A DNA stretch of 64,000 nt from Octopus vulgaris (taxonomy: Eukaryota). Of this stretch, positions 13,095 through 26,039 are shown piece by piece; the stretch's first letter is position 1; each line of letters starts with the position of its first letter. Location: positions 104,160,001 to 104,224,000 of the forward strand of contig OX597821.1 of NCBI GenBank assembly GCA_951406725.2, given 5' to 3'. A model generated the notes under the pieces. It was not told the origin of the DNA. It worked only from the letters and a program-made list of their open reading frames with translations, and ran no database searches. The position numbers and the translations under genes are program-made.

Positions 13095-13150
<56 letters not shown>

Positions 13151-13308
13151 GGTGATGAAGATGATGATGAAGATGATGAAGATGATGAAGATGATGAAGA
13201 TGATGATGAAGATGATGAAGGTGATGATGAGATGATGATGAAGGTGATGATGATGATGATGATGATGAAGATGATGATGATGGTGATGATGAAGATGATG
13301 ATGATGAA

Positions 13309-13339
<31 letters not shown>

Positions 13340-13351
13340 TTGGTGGTGGTT

Positions 13352-13434
<83 letters not shown>

Positions 13435-13482
13435 GAGGATGATGATGAAGATGATGAAGATGATGATGATGACGATGATGAA

Positions 13483-13524
<42 letters not shown>

Positions 13525-13525
13525 A
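13035..13525. repeat. Compound (GAT)n/(GAA) trinucleotide tract
   Basis: Directly visible. It changes phase internally. Confidence 0.95.
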
Positions 13526-14489
13526 AAAATAACAATAATAAAAATAATAATAAATTTGCAATTATTTATATTTGTTGTTTTTTTTGTTATAATAACAGAT
13601 AAGTGATCACAAATTAATTTACAGAATGCTTGAGAAATGATGTTCGCTTCGATACGATTTGCTAGATTGTATTTGGATGAGAATTGTGAAAGAAATGATG
13701 CAGCCAATTAACGGACGCTATGTTATTTTTCTCTCTACCCCGGAAGCAAACGAATGATACAAACAGCTGGGGCACTTTTCTTGATATCAGGCTTCTTCGG
13801 TCTTGTGATTAATTGGACGGAGTTTTGAGCTGAGAGGCAACATCCCCCAGATGATATTAAAATATAATTAGCGAAATAAATACGTGAAAAATGGGTGTAA
13901 ATTTAACATTTTGAATTCATGCAACGCATGTTCGTTTGGTATTTCAGCATTCCTCCATGTCGTTTTTACACCTCATCCAACATGTCGCAATTTTCTCCCA
14001 TGCATTATTTTTTACCATTAGCCCATCATTCTTTCCAGCCTCTCTTATCCATACACACACACACATACATGCATACATACACACATATATGTATACATAT
14101 ATACATGCCTGCGTGCATAATACAGATATACATACATACACACGAACATACAGACATACATACATGCATACCTATATATATATATAAATAAATGCATGCA
14201 TACATATATACATACACACATACCTACATACATTTAATTCATAGATAAGCACATACATATATGAACACATATATATATATATGCCTGCGTGCATCCATAC
14301 ATGCATGCGCATACATACATATATACATACACACATACCTACATACATATAATTCATACATATGCACATACATACACGAACACATATATATATATATATG
14401 CTTGCGTGCATGCATTAATGCATACATGCATACATGCATAGAAACATACACACATGCATACATACATACATACATACATACATATAGAC

Positions 14490-14886
14490 ATACATGCGTA
14501 TTTTTTTATTTGCTTAAGCCATTTGAATGCAGCCAAGCTGGAGCACTGCTTTAAAGGGTTTCAGTCGAAGAAATCGATCCCTAGACTTATCCTCTGTATA
14601 CCTGGATCTTCTTGAATCTGATTGTTTTGTCCAAACAGAACACCAGCATCGTTTGTCAAGCGATGGAGGGGGTACACATACACACTCATATACACACGGG
14701 AACACTCACACACACACACATGTATACGGCTTCATTCAGTTTCCGTCTACCAAATCCACTCACAAATCCTTGATCGGCCCAGGGCTATTGTAGTATAGAC
14801 TTGCCCAATGAACCACGCAGTGAGAGCAACTGCAGATCCATGGGGTTGTTAAGCAAGCTTCTAAACACACAGCCACGCCTGCGCCT
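14490..14886 (-). mobile_element. tRNA-derived SINE (family GGCGxAGGxGTGGCTGTGT..., internal (GT)n)
   Basis: Reverse complement aligns with 50481-50872. Confidence 0.8.
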
Positions 14887-14934
<48 letters not shown>

Positions 14935-15021
14935 AGAGAGAGAGAGAGAGAGAGAGATAATATATATATTTGTATGTATATATATATGTATATATATATA
15001 TGTATATCTATATATCTCTAT

Positions 15022-15107
<86 letters not shown>

Positions 15108-15559
15108 TGAAACACATACCTACACAACTTGATTCAATCATTGGTCGCCTCCCAACCTGGGACACTATATTTTAGTCGAACAAGTCCTCTCTAGTACTTA
15201 TATTTTTAACATTCTCCATCGGCGAATCGCTAACGTGTGATATGCATGAACCAGTATCTGTTGTGAAGTCGTGATGGGAGTCAAACTCATAAGAAAGACA
15301 GAGAGAGATAAACAAATACATGCATACATTCATACTTACATACATTAATACATGCATACATACATGCGTGCATACATACATGCATGCATACATGCAAACA
15401 CACATACACACATATACACATACATATACATATATATATGATGGACTTTAAGTTGCCGTCTACGAAAGTTCGACCCGTGATTCAATACGTAAATACATAC
15501 ATACATAAATACATACATACATGCTTGCTAATTCGTACATTACAAATGCAATCTGTGAG

Positions 15560-16730
15560 TGGGACAATAAAATAGGCTATACTTTTTTCAAGTTCCAAAT
15601 GTGAATTTGTGTTAACTCTATCCCAGTTTACTGATGGCGGCTCATTGGTGGATGTTATCTACCTTGGTTTTGCTAAAGCCTTCAATTTTGTGCCATACAA
15701 ACAGTTCATGGAAAAACTCTCCGCGATGGCTGTGAAGGAAGATCTCTATAACTGGCTGAAGTCCTTTTTACTCGGCTAGGAACAGGTATTCACGGTTCTA
15801 TGGCATCGTTCTTCAACTTACAAGATGACGTCTGGTGTACCATAGGGATCCGTTCTTGGACCCTAATGTATGTTGCATATATTAATGACATAGATGTCAA
15901 TTTAAGGATGTTGCTCTGCTGATAGTGGCAGATGAGGTCAAGCTGTACATTGAAATATAAATAACAGGTCCTATACGCTATAGAACCTCCCTGCAAACAT
16001 ATCTGGACACAATGCAGCAATGGATCTCTGACTGGTAACTCAAGTTAGCTGTGGACAAGTGCATCACTAGGCATTTTATGAGGAAAAACTCTGTTTTTAC
16101 ATACTCCCTCAGCAACACCAATCTCAAGAAGTCTTCTAGTGCACATGATCTGGGCATTATTGTAAACAACAATAAGCGTTGAACGAACCACATCTCTAAG
16201 ATGGTCAAGAAGGCTGAGAGTGTCCTAGCATCACTCAGTAAGACATTTGCCAGGTCTCTCTAGTTATCAGTTTAAAACTGTATATGACAATGGTATTCGT
16301 ACTTGTAATTTGCAGTACCAGTCTGGAACCCCCATCTTGCTCAGAATATAAATCTCCTGGAAACCTCTGAAATGTGCAACAAAACGAATAACCGCACCTA
16401 TCATATTCTGAACGTCTTGCTTCCCTGAGTAAGGGAATATTGAAGCTCAGACATCTGGCAACCGAATTGATAGACACCCACAACGTTATCTACCATCTTT
16501 CCAACAACAACTTTGGGCACCTTTTTGAATTCCATATGTCAAACACTCGTGGACAGGCCTACGAAATAATTAAAAAAAAACAACACAGCATCCATTACTT
16601 TCGGGAAGATTTATTTTTCGTTCAGAAGTTTTGAAGCATGGTATAAATTACCTGTATCAGTCGCTAGGTGTCGCGATACTACATTCTTCAAATCTTCCAT
16701 GCTTCCTAAAATCCACCTACTACAGTACAA
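15560..16730 (+). mobile_element. CR1-clade LINE, 5'-truncated, degenerate RT
   Basis: VDVIYLGFAKAFNFVPYK (RT 'YLDFxKAFD' motif), DLGIIV, and a C-terminal TRGQAYEI. Many stops. Confidence 0.75.
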
Positions 16731-16788
16731 CTGATGTTTATCTTTTTTCTTTGTTGTAGGGGACTTCAGCATTGTATACAATAATTTC

Positions 16789-16917
<129 letters not shown>

Positions 16918-16918
16918 A

Positions 16919-16967
<49 letters not shown>

Positions 16968-16985
16968 TACATAAACACACACACA

Positions 16986-17057
<72 letters not shown>

Positions 17058-17111
17058 CATAAATAATAAGGGTGGCTTGTTAGTAATTTTTCAAACGAAA
17101 GGCAAAAATGC

Positions 17112-17540
17112 ATACGTTACTAAAACGACTGAGGAGGCGTTCTGTACCACTGTTGTTCTAAATAAGAGTCAAACCAACTTCTAGGTTGTATAAGAACCAT
17201 CTTACTGACTGACAAGGGAATTAAACTCCCGAAGCATCCGGCTCAAAAACTGATAACACGCCTCTCCTTATTATTTATAATTTACACCTTTTGCATTTAT
17301 GAATTCAGCGTATGATCTTATACGCTGACAAGGCAATTTGAGTTTATGTCACGTCGCTGGTAAGAGCCATTGATGTGCTTGAATGTAAATGCGAAATCAC
17401 TGGTGATCTGGATATGCCCGTTGGTTGCTTCCCTTGTCAGTCAAAAAGATGGTGCTTAATGTGGCTATGAGTTGTTTTGACTCTCTTATTTCTAGCAATA
17501 CTACTGCGGAATAGCGCCCTCTGTCACTTTAAAGACGTAT
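17112..17540. mobile_element. MITE-like element with ~110-130 bp imperfect terminal inverted repeats
   Basis: 17112-17245 matches the reverse complement of 17405-17540 (shared AAATAAGAG..GTCAAA, ACCATCTT..TGACTGACAAGGGAA). Confidence 0.65.
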
Positions 17541-17651
17541 ATCGAAGCACACACACACACATATATATGTGAGTGTGTGTGTGTGTGTGTGTGTGTGAGT
17601 GTATGTGTTTATATGTATATATGTATATATATATATTTATAAATATATATA

Positions 17652-17718
<67 letters not shown>

Positions 17719-18530
17719 AGATTTATATATATATATATATGCACACACGCGCACTCCCCCCCACACACACACACACAAGCACACCGCAAATGCAATGCGA
17801 GTATGTCTATGAGGCAAAAAAAGGAGAGAAGTGAATGGTGTCGAACTGTCGAATAAATGTGACTAAGAAAGACTAGGAATGTAAAGCAATAAAGAACAAG
17901 CAAAGAAATATATAAGTGTATAAATAAAGAAAAATACGCCTAAGGTAAAATCAGATCATAATGTAGCCTTTAAAGAAGCGAAGATAAGAGGAATAAAAGT
18001 GGCAAAAAAAATATTATATAAAAATACGTGATAGCTTTCTGAACACGTCTGCCAATATGCCAGGCTGGAATGAAAGCTATAAGCGGAAGAATATCACATG
18101 CAGATGGGACTCTGCTTCGATCAGATTGAGGAGAGATGTATGGAGAGAGAGAGAGAGAGAGAGGAGGAGAGAAAGAAAGGGAGAGACAGAGAGAGGGAGG
18201 GTGCGAGCGTGTAAAGAATAAGTGGCTAAGGAGGGAATATTGGGTGAGAGAGAAAGAGAGAAAGTGAGAGACCGAAGGCAAAGAAAGGAATGGAAAAGAT
18301 TAGAAAACTCTGAATATATTCTTAGCTTCTCAAATTATCTCCTTTTACATCCATATTTGTTAACAATGGCTATTAGGCTTATACCTTCCACTCTTTGTCC
18401 TCGCGAGAGATTTTGAATAAATTGCGAATCTAAACATCTATCCAGTATGATATTTAGTAAATACAATTTCGCTTTCTTTCTCACTCTGTCTTTATACATA
18501 TACGTACAATGCCCATCACCACTCGCCACA

Positions 18531-19811
18531 CATGAAGGTGTGTGGTCGTGGGACTATTTTCCGGACTAGTTCTGTAGCGCGCTAACAGATGATAGCACAC
18601 GAATGCGTACATAGTGAAAACAAGCAAAGAAATTTATGAGGCAGTGTGCTTACTACGTATGTTGTGAAATTTGTGATTTAGTTATCACGTGTATGCTCTA
18701 GCCCGCAATAATTGGCATGCACATGCAGTTGGAACAAAGAGCGAGCGTGAACGTGTCAACTTGGGACGTCAGCTACTGACTCATTGACGATGATTCAGTA
18801 ACCTTACGACGACGTGGCAATGGGTCATACACTATGTTTCGAATGGCATGGGCGCTTCCAAATATTAGGAACATTCTTAGAAGACGATGAGAGATCTGCA
18901 TGACCTGGCACGAGCGTAATCCTTGGAAATGTGGAGAAAAATCCATCACAAGAAGATTCCTTCTAGAACAATCAACGATATATCTGATGTTGGTTTGTCG
19001 TATGGGACCGTGCAGGTAATGCGAACATCTGATTTGAAAATGCAGCGTGTTTATCCCAAGTTTGCGCTTTCCATCGTTTGCTGATCATTGAAGAAAAAGA
19101 ACACCACGTCGAAATCTGTCAAGATCTCTGCCAGTGTGCCGCTGATGACCCAACCTTCATGTCGAGGATCACGAGCTGTGACGAGGTTGGGTCTACGGTT
19201 GTGACCCTGAGAAAAGCATCAGTCTTTACAATGGAAGAGCCTTACATCTCGGCAACAGAAAAGGCACAACAGATCCGCAGCCCAGTCAAGAGTATACTCA
19301 TCGTTTTTTATTTTTTTCTCGAAATCCAGGGAATTGAGCATTGAGAATTCATCTCCAGGATGAGACTGTCAAATGAAAGTTCTACTGCAAAGTTTTGAAG
19401 CGTTTGAGGGAGAACATTCGGCGAAATGGACTGGATTTGCGTTGCGCAAAGAATTAGATTCTTCACAACGACGTTGCACCCTTTCACCGAGCTTTCCGCA
19501 TTTGTGAGTTTCTCGCCAAGAGCAATATTGCTTTTGCACCTACCTGATTCATTAGGTTTAGCACATGTTGACTTCCACCTCTTCCTCAAAAGGGAATGGC
19601 AGCAAAAAGTGCGATCCAGAGCGAATCGCACAAGACCCTCGACTCGCTTACGGAAAACGAATTCCAGGCAAGATACCAAAAGTGGCAGGATCGCTGGGAC
19701 CGATGTATTGTTGCTCAAGTTGACAATTCTGAAGGAGATGATGTTAAAACCTAGATAAATTAATTATTTTTTTTTTGTAATTTTCTTGGAATATTTTGAT
19801 ACTACCTTGTA
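18531..19811 (+). mobile_element. Mariner-like transposon, degenerate full length
   Basis: Fragments LEQRASV, LEDDERS, GLSYGTVQ, VEICQDL..DDPTFMSRITSCDE and a PDxxxLAHVDFHLF motif. Ends CCTTG-TA. Length ~1.3 kb. Confidence 0.8.
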
Positions 19812-19834
19812 TAAATATATATATATATATATAT

Positions 19835-20900
19835 ACAGATATGCAGGAAGTAAATAGACATCTTTATTTTTTCAAAACCTTTTGTTTAATACGCAAAGTG
19901 AACAATTGAAATGTAATCGATAGTTAGGACTACAGTCTTTAGTATGTTGTTGACATTCCCTTTGCAGTTTTTAATTCAGAAACTCTTTCTGGCATGGAAC
20001 TGACGATCTTTGTGATTGTCTCTTGTGGAATTTCTGCCCACTTCCTCTTTTCACGCAACAGTCAAAACAATCCATCTTCAGATTTAGGTTTCTGTCAACT
20101 TTTTTCGTATAGCTCTATCTAGTATGATCCAAAGATCTTCAATTCGGTTCATGTCAGGAGATTGGCTCGGGCAAGGGAGCTTTTTGGACCCACTTTCAGT
20201 CAACCAATGTTGATTCTTTTTCGTTATGTTATCGTGTGAACACATCGGGAGTAGTCCTTGCTTAAGTATTTCAATGTATTTTTCGGAGTTTATTGTTCCA
20301 ACACATTCAATCAGCTCAGAACGACCATTGCTAATGACAGCTCCCCATACCATTACATATATACCGCCATGTTTCACAGTTGGTTGGAGTCGTTTCAAAT
20401 CAAATTCTTGATTAGAAAGCCTCCAGATCCAAACATGTCCACTGTCTGAAACTAATGCAAATCTGAGAAAATCACTCTATTCCCAAATGAACTGGATTTT
20501 TCTGGCATCTCCTTAGCCCATTTCTTACTATTCATGATATTAATTGGTTGAAGAAGAGGTTTTCTTCTAGCTGCTCGTCTATAATAACCAAGCTCATGCT
20601 TATATGTAACACACGTTCATGGACTAACTTCTAGCTCTTTTTCAATGTCAGAAGCCTTCGAACGGGGTTCGTTTTTCACGGTTCTATTCGAACAGCGAAG
20701 CTTTATTTCCGAGGGTCCACGTCGGTCGGGACGAGAATCTGTTGATTCTTTTCCTTGGCTTTTGAATTGCACTATAATTCTATTAACAGTAGCAAGAGGA
20801 ATTTGTAGATTTTCGGCAACTTTCCACTGGCTAAGACCAGTCTCAGATTGCCCAACAAATACCAGAGAATGGTAGAGCAGTGTAGATACAAAGGCTGGCA
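19835..20900 (-). mobile_element. Tc1-like transposon, degenerate transposase
   Basis: PTVKHGGIYVMVWG...INSEKYIEIL and PSQSPDMNRIEDLW. The left end starts TA-CAG. Confidence 0.85.
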
Positions 20901-22657
20901 GGCAATTCGCTGCTGGCGTGTTGTGGAGTATTTTTGTTTTTGTTTCTTGTCAGTGCAAAGAACTGGCTGGGCATAGGTTACTAACACAAGAAATGAGAGG
21001 GCCTGAAGTTACATCTCCGAAGCTGCAGAGAAGGCCACCAGATAGATTTGGATAAAGAAAGACTGACCAGTGGCTTGCTCTAATAGAACGCAAAGATAGA
21101 TATACATGTAAGGACGTGTGTATAAATGTATAATATGGCTGTTATATCGTGTATTCCTGTTTATAATAGAAAAAAAAAGAGAACTGCTAATCTAGCATTT
21201 CGTTTACTATGTGAGATTCAATTGTAAGTGAAGTTATTACCTTTATTTTTATCGTTGTGAAAGAAAACCGTTTATTTCGAATATTCTAAGAAAACTTTAG
21301 AGTTGCTTTTTTGTTTGTGTTCTCTACAACCTTGGTTTTCCTGGCTACTCAATCATTTTCATCGGATGATGTTTGTTCTGTTCTTTTTTTAAATGTCTAT
21401 GAGTGACATTATTAACTCGTTTTTCCTCTGTCTGCGAATTTTGTTTTTTCACAATATCGATCTGCGGTCTGTTTTTTTTTTCTTTTTCTTCTAAGATAAT
21501 TATTTTTACCTTGAATAAGAAGACAGTTTGGTTTGTGTATTTGTATACGAGATATATTTGGTGATAAATGCATACAATAGCCAGGTCATCGGCTGCTGTA
21601 TTTCCACTGTCATCTTGAAAAACGTTTTCCGGTACCTCTCTTCCTTGCCTCTTAATGGGAGAAAGGAAATATGTTTAGCGTTATTTTCTTCCAAAGAATG
21701 TGCTGGTACTTATCACTCAGACACTCATTTTTCTTCGTTGCAAATTTGAAGTTTATGGAATTTCCTACGATGTTCCGATTCCTTTACAATCTTCCAAAAT
21801 TTTCGCATAAATTCTCTTTATTTCTTTATTTCATTGTAGGTAGAACCAAAAATCAAACAACAAATGAAAAGGAAGAAATTCGATTGACCGACAGAAAATC
21901 CTGGTATTATATTATAGAACGAAAGGGGACTACCGTGGAACTATTTATATTATCCAGTCAATCTTTAGGAAGTAAATACATTGCTCTACTTAGTTGTGTC
22001 CCACAAATATGAGTTGACGACACCCGACAACATCAACGATATCTTATCATCCTATAAATACCCGTAATTAACCGGGGTCAATGAAACTGACGGCCAAACA
22101 ACCCACACAACAATCATTTATTTATATATATTGCTTTGGTGTAATGGCGAAAACACCTCTGTGAATTTAAGAGAGGTGGATTCGCGTCTCATGAGCGGCT
22201 TTCAATATTTTAGTCTCAGATATGGCTGCGTCGTTCAAGAAGGCCGGCTGGCAGCCACATGTATTCCTGTTCACTCCCATTGCATCAATGCCCTTTATTG
22301 TGCCTTACCGTTATATTTCCCTAGTAAAATCGATTGCCCGCATCCATGGTTTTTCTTAAAGGCAGGACTTCATTGTAAGTTGTTGAAAACTTTCAGTAAA
22401 CGCGTATTTCTGATATAAGTTTCATTAGGCGACATACTTTGAATTTTTATTTGATTTGTTTGTATATGAATATTTAAGAAAGGACTTAAACAGGTACTCA
22501 TTAATTGGTAGAAACATCGACCAAGGAATTTTAATAAGCACCACTATAAAATGAAACACTCTGAACTTTTGTACTCGCCGGCTTCAAATAAAAAAACACC
22601 CTTTGCACCCATAATTTATGAAGAGCGAACATAAATATTTTTATAAGCAGACTCCGG

Positions 22658-22731
<74 letters not shown>

Positions 22732-25115
22732 GTGTGTGTGTGTGTGTGTTTGTGTGTGGGTATACAGATATAAAGAAATACATTCGTATATAGAATTTCA
22801 GACATGTGTGCGTGTGTATGTTCGCTTGTGTGTGTACGTGTGTATATGTGTGTATGTGTGTGTGCGTGCGTGTGTGTGTACATGTGTGTAGGCGAGCGAC
22901 AATAAACCAACTTAAAACTGTGAGAACACGAACTGAATAATATATACTTCCTAAGTAAAAACATTTTAGATTTCAGACGCGATTATGGTGTGAAGTTTTT
23001 CAAGCCATAAATTTACCATTATACAAAAAAAATATTGTAATGCCACTTATTGTTTTAGCAAAATACCCATTAAATGTGATTGTAAATTTATTAGATTTCG
23101 TGTTGTATCCTATCTCCTATTTTCATAGATTCTGCGGATTAATATTTAAAACACTGGGTGTAAAATTTATCTTTTTTTTATCCATCACTAAATTATTTAC
23201 TTGAAAGAGTGTTTATACTTTGAAAATAACTTATGGGCAAAGGTATAACGATTCCCTAAGGCTTATAAAGAGAAGACAGGTGACTTATTGTTTAAGGTTT
23301 TGCCCCCAGGATTTCGAAGATACTTAACGGTGTTTTACGTTGGCTTTTAGCAAAGTTCTTCACTTTACGTTGCTCTCGTCCACTCAGTTGTAAAATATTA
23401 AGGCTGCATCGGGAGAATGTTATGATCCCGATTACTTATATGACACAGACACCGAATAACAGAGCTTATGAGTCGAAGGAGTCGACGAGGCAACTACATT
23501 GTGTATGACACATATGGAAAAGTTGATAAATTTGGTTTACAACGATTACGTTTCATTGCACCCCCACCCTGTCGAATAAGTACAAAATCGAAAATTTCCC
23601 CCTTTATAGTATGGCAGCTGAAATATATATTTTCTGCAATTTTATCAGTTCTATTATAGCTCGTAGAAGATAAGAGCAATATTGTTTTGGATACTCAGGT
23701 AAAATCTAAACTAGTAAATGCGCATGACGAGATATACAGATGTGTTTTAAGTACTGATATGTGGTCATGCTTGAGTTCTGCCTTGACGCCCTTCTTTTTA
23801 AAACCTGTCGGAACTTGTGATTCGGAGGGGCACTTTCTAGATGCAATCCCACTGTCATTCATGGCCGAAGGTGATCCTTTCCTTTCAAAGATATGTTGTA
23901 ATAAATATTAGGGTGCAGCATATATTTAACAATCCGAAAAGGAAAGACGCAATGCTAATATATGTATGAGCATTCAGAAGGGAGATTTCAAGATGCAACT
24001 CCATGGTCATTCATGACCGAAGAGTCCTTTAGCTTTGTTTTGAATTATCAACTTCAGAAATAAAGACAAAAGAGGGAACAACAACGTTCTTCTCCAAATA
24101 CGTTTGGTAGTTAAAGAAGTAAAACATCGAAATCACGTGAAACGGAAAATGCGAAAGCAACAGGCTATGCATATCAATTGCCAAATATAATCGTTTAGCA
24201 GAAGAGGAAAATGTTAATGAATCACGCTGGGCTACAACACAAATTATTTTTGGCTCGAACACAATGTTTAGAAAACGGAATTTATGGAATGCCCTAACCA
24301 CTGGGCCATTGCACATCCACATAAATGCTTACACCATTATGCAAAATGTCACAAATAGATAAAGCGATAGCGTGTCTCAATTTCAGCATTTCATGCTTTT
24401 CTTTTGTCTTCCCGTGTTACTTTGAAATTAGATCTAGTTTGGAATACACAGAAATCCATGAAACAGGTCGCTTTTGAAATCATATTCTCTCTTGGTTAAT
24501 CGGACCGATGACAAACATTGATTAATCCAAAGCCATCTAATCATATATTCACAAGTGTTTTATTTTTATCTTAGTTAACACTACTCACGCTCGCCCTCGT
24601 TTGCGAAGTTAGATTCTTATATACAAAAATTTATCAGCCATATCTGAAAAACATAACAAAATATTTATGTTATATGAACTACAGTAAAATTCGTGAAATC
24701 TGAGATTACTGAAAATAGATATATCTAAAGAATTCAATATATTTTAAATTTTAGACATAAACACAACACTTTTATTTAGTTTCGTAATATATTGATATTT
24801 TAATAAAATTCTTGGAAGAGATTTAGAGAAGATGAAGTGAGACAATGAAAACATCAGGAGAAACGAAAATAGAAGTATACACACACAAACGAAAATAGAA
24901 CTATACACATCGCAAAACGAAAATAGAAGTATACATACACACACGTATATATATATATATATACAACACACAAATGTGTGTGTGTGTATGTGTGCATATT
25001 TATATATATATATATAACATTTGGCGCGAGTGCGATGATTTGAAAATTTTAGGTCAGATATTGCCGAGGCAGGGATAGAGATGCCTCGTGATAATATCTG
25101 CTCGGATCTTGGCTG

Positions 25116-25220
25116 TTTCTTACTGACGAATCTATCGGCCTATGGAAGATTGGCTTGATTTAATTTAATCAGGTTAGTTTACCATTAAACAATAGATGAA
25201 ACGGTGCATCGTATAAGAAA
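25116..25220 (+). ncRNA. Type I hammerhead ribozyme, copy 1 (predicted cleavage after GUA, nt 25213)
   Basis: Stem I TTTCTTA(25116-22)/TAAGAAA(25214-20); core CTGACGA(25123-29); stem II ATCTAT(25130-35)/ATAGAT(25192-97); GAAA(25198-201); stem III ACGG-TGCA-TCGT; A25213. Confidence 0.92.
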
Positions 25221-25600
25221 TTAGAGGGTAAATGTTTTTTTAATTTTCTCCTGGTTTGCGGAATTGATGTTATTTTGCGGTTGAAGCTTTGGCTGTTATT
25301 TCTAGTGGGTGAATGGCCTATTGTGGCCATTCCTTGATTGTGATGTTGAACTTATAAATTGTCTATGACTATTTAATTTTTTCCCACTAGGCCGCTGGTG
25401 GCAAATAAATTCTACGAAATATTTTGCCACCCTATATTGATTAATTATGAATTTTCTGGTTAATTCCGTAATGGAATCGGCGGCTTATATTTGCTGCCGA
25501 TAAATTTGGCGCGAGTGCGATGATTTGAAAATTTTAGGTCAGATATTGCCGAGGCAGGGATAGAGATGCCTCGTGATAATATCTGCTCGGATCTTGGCTG

Positions 25601-25705
25601 TTTCTTACTGACGAATCTATCGGCCTATGGAAGATTGGCTTGATTTAATTTAATCAGGTTAGTTTACCATTAAACAATAGATGAAACGGTGCATCGTATA
25701 AGAAA
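25601..25705 (+). ncRNA. Type I hammerhead ribozyme, copy 2 (predicted cleavage after nt 25698)
   Basis: Identical to copy 1: CTGACGA at 25608-14, GAAA at 25683-86, GTA at 25696-98. Confidence 0.92.
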
Positions 25706-25926
25706 TTAGAGGGTAAATGTTTTTTTAATTTTCTCCTGGTTTGCGGAATTGATGTTATTTTGCGGTTGAAGCTTTGGCTGTTATTTCTAGTGGGTGAATG
25801 GCCTATTGTGGCCATTCCTTGATTGTGATGTTGAACTTATAAATGGCCTATGACTATTTAATTTTTTTCCCACTAGGCCGCTGGTGGCAAATAAATTCTA
25901 CGAAATTTTTTGCCACCCTATATTGA

Positions 25927-26004
<78 letters not shown>

Positions 26005-26008
26005 GTGT

Positions 26009-26039
<31 letters not shown>

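Larger units (their letters stand above)
25019..25934 (+). mobile_element. Tandem dimer (485-bp unit, ~1.9 copies) with a type I hammerhead in each unit: candidate non-LTR retrozyme
   Basis: 25019-25448 repeats at 25504-25934 with about 3 substitutions and 1 indel by eye. It is inserted in (TA)n. Each unit has an intact HHR and many hairpins. Confidence 0.9.

Noticed and set aside
12902-13707. 234-aa D/E/M-rich and poly-His ORFs
   Set aside because: A (GAT)n microsatellite with phase shifts, and no non-repetitive coding context.
17208-17245. CTGACAA-GGGA..TCCC-GAAG as a hammerhead
   Set aside because: There are two core mismatches, and CTGACAA is shared by the inverted arm, so it is the MITE's own sequence.
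25022-25034. TGGCGCGAGTGCG as a Pol III A box for the retrozyme
   Set aside because: No convincing B box, and the unit contains several T4-T7 runs that would terminate Pol III.
25019-25934. Second, antisense ribozyme (ambisense viroid-like replication)
   Set aside because: The minus strand offers only CTGATTA/CTGACCT. No CTGAnGA core was found by eye.
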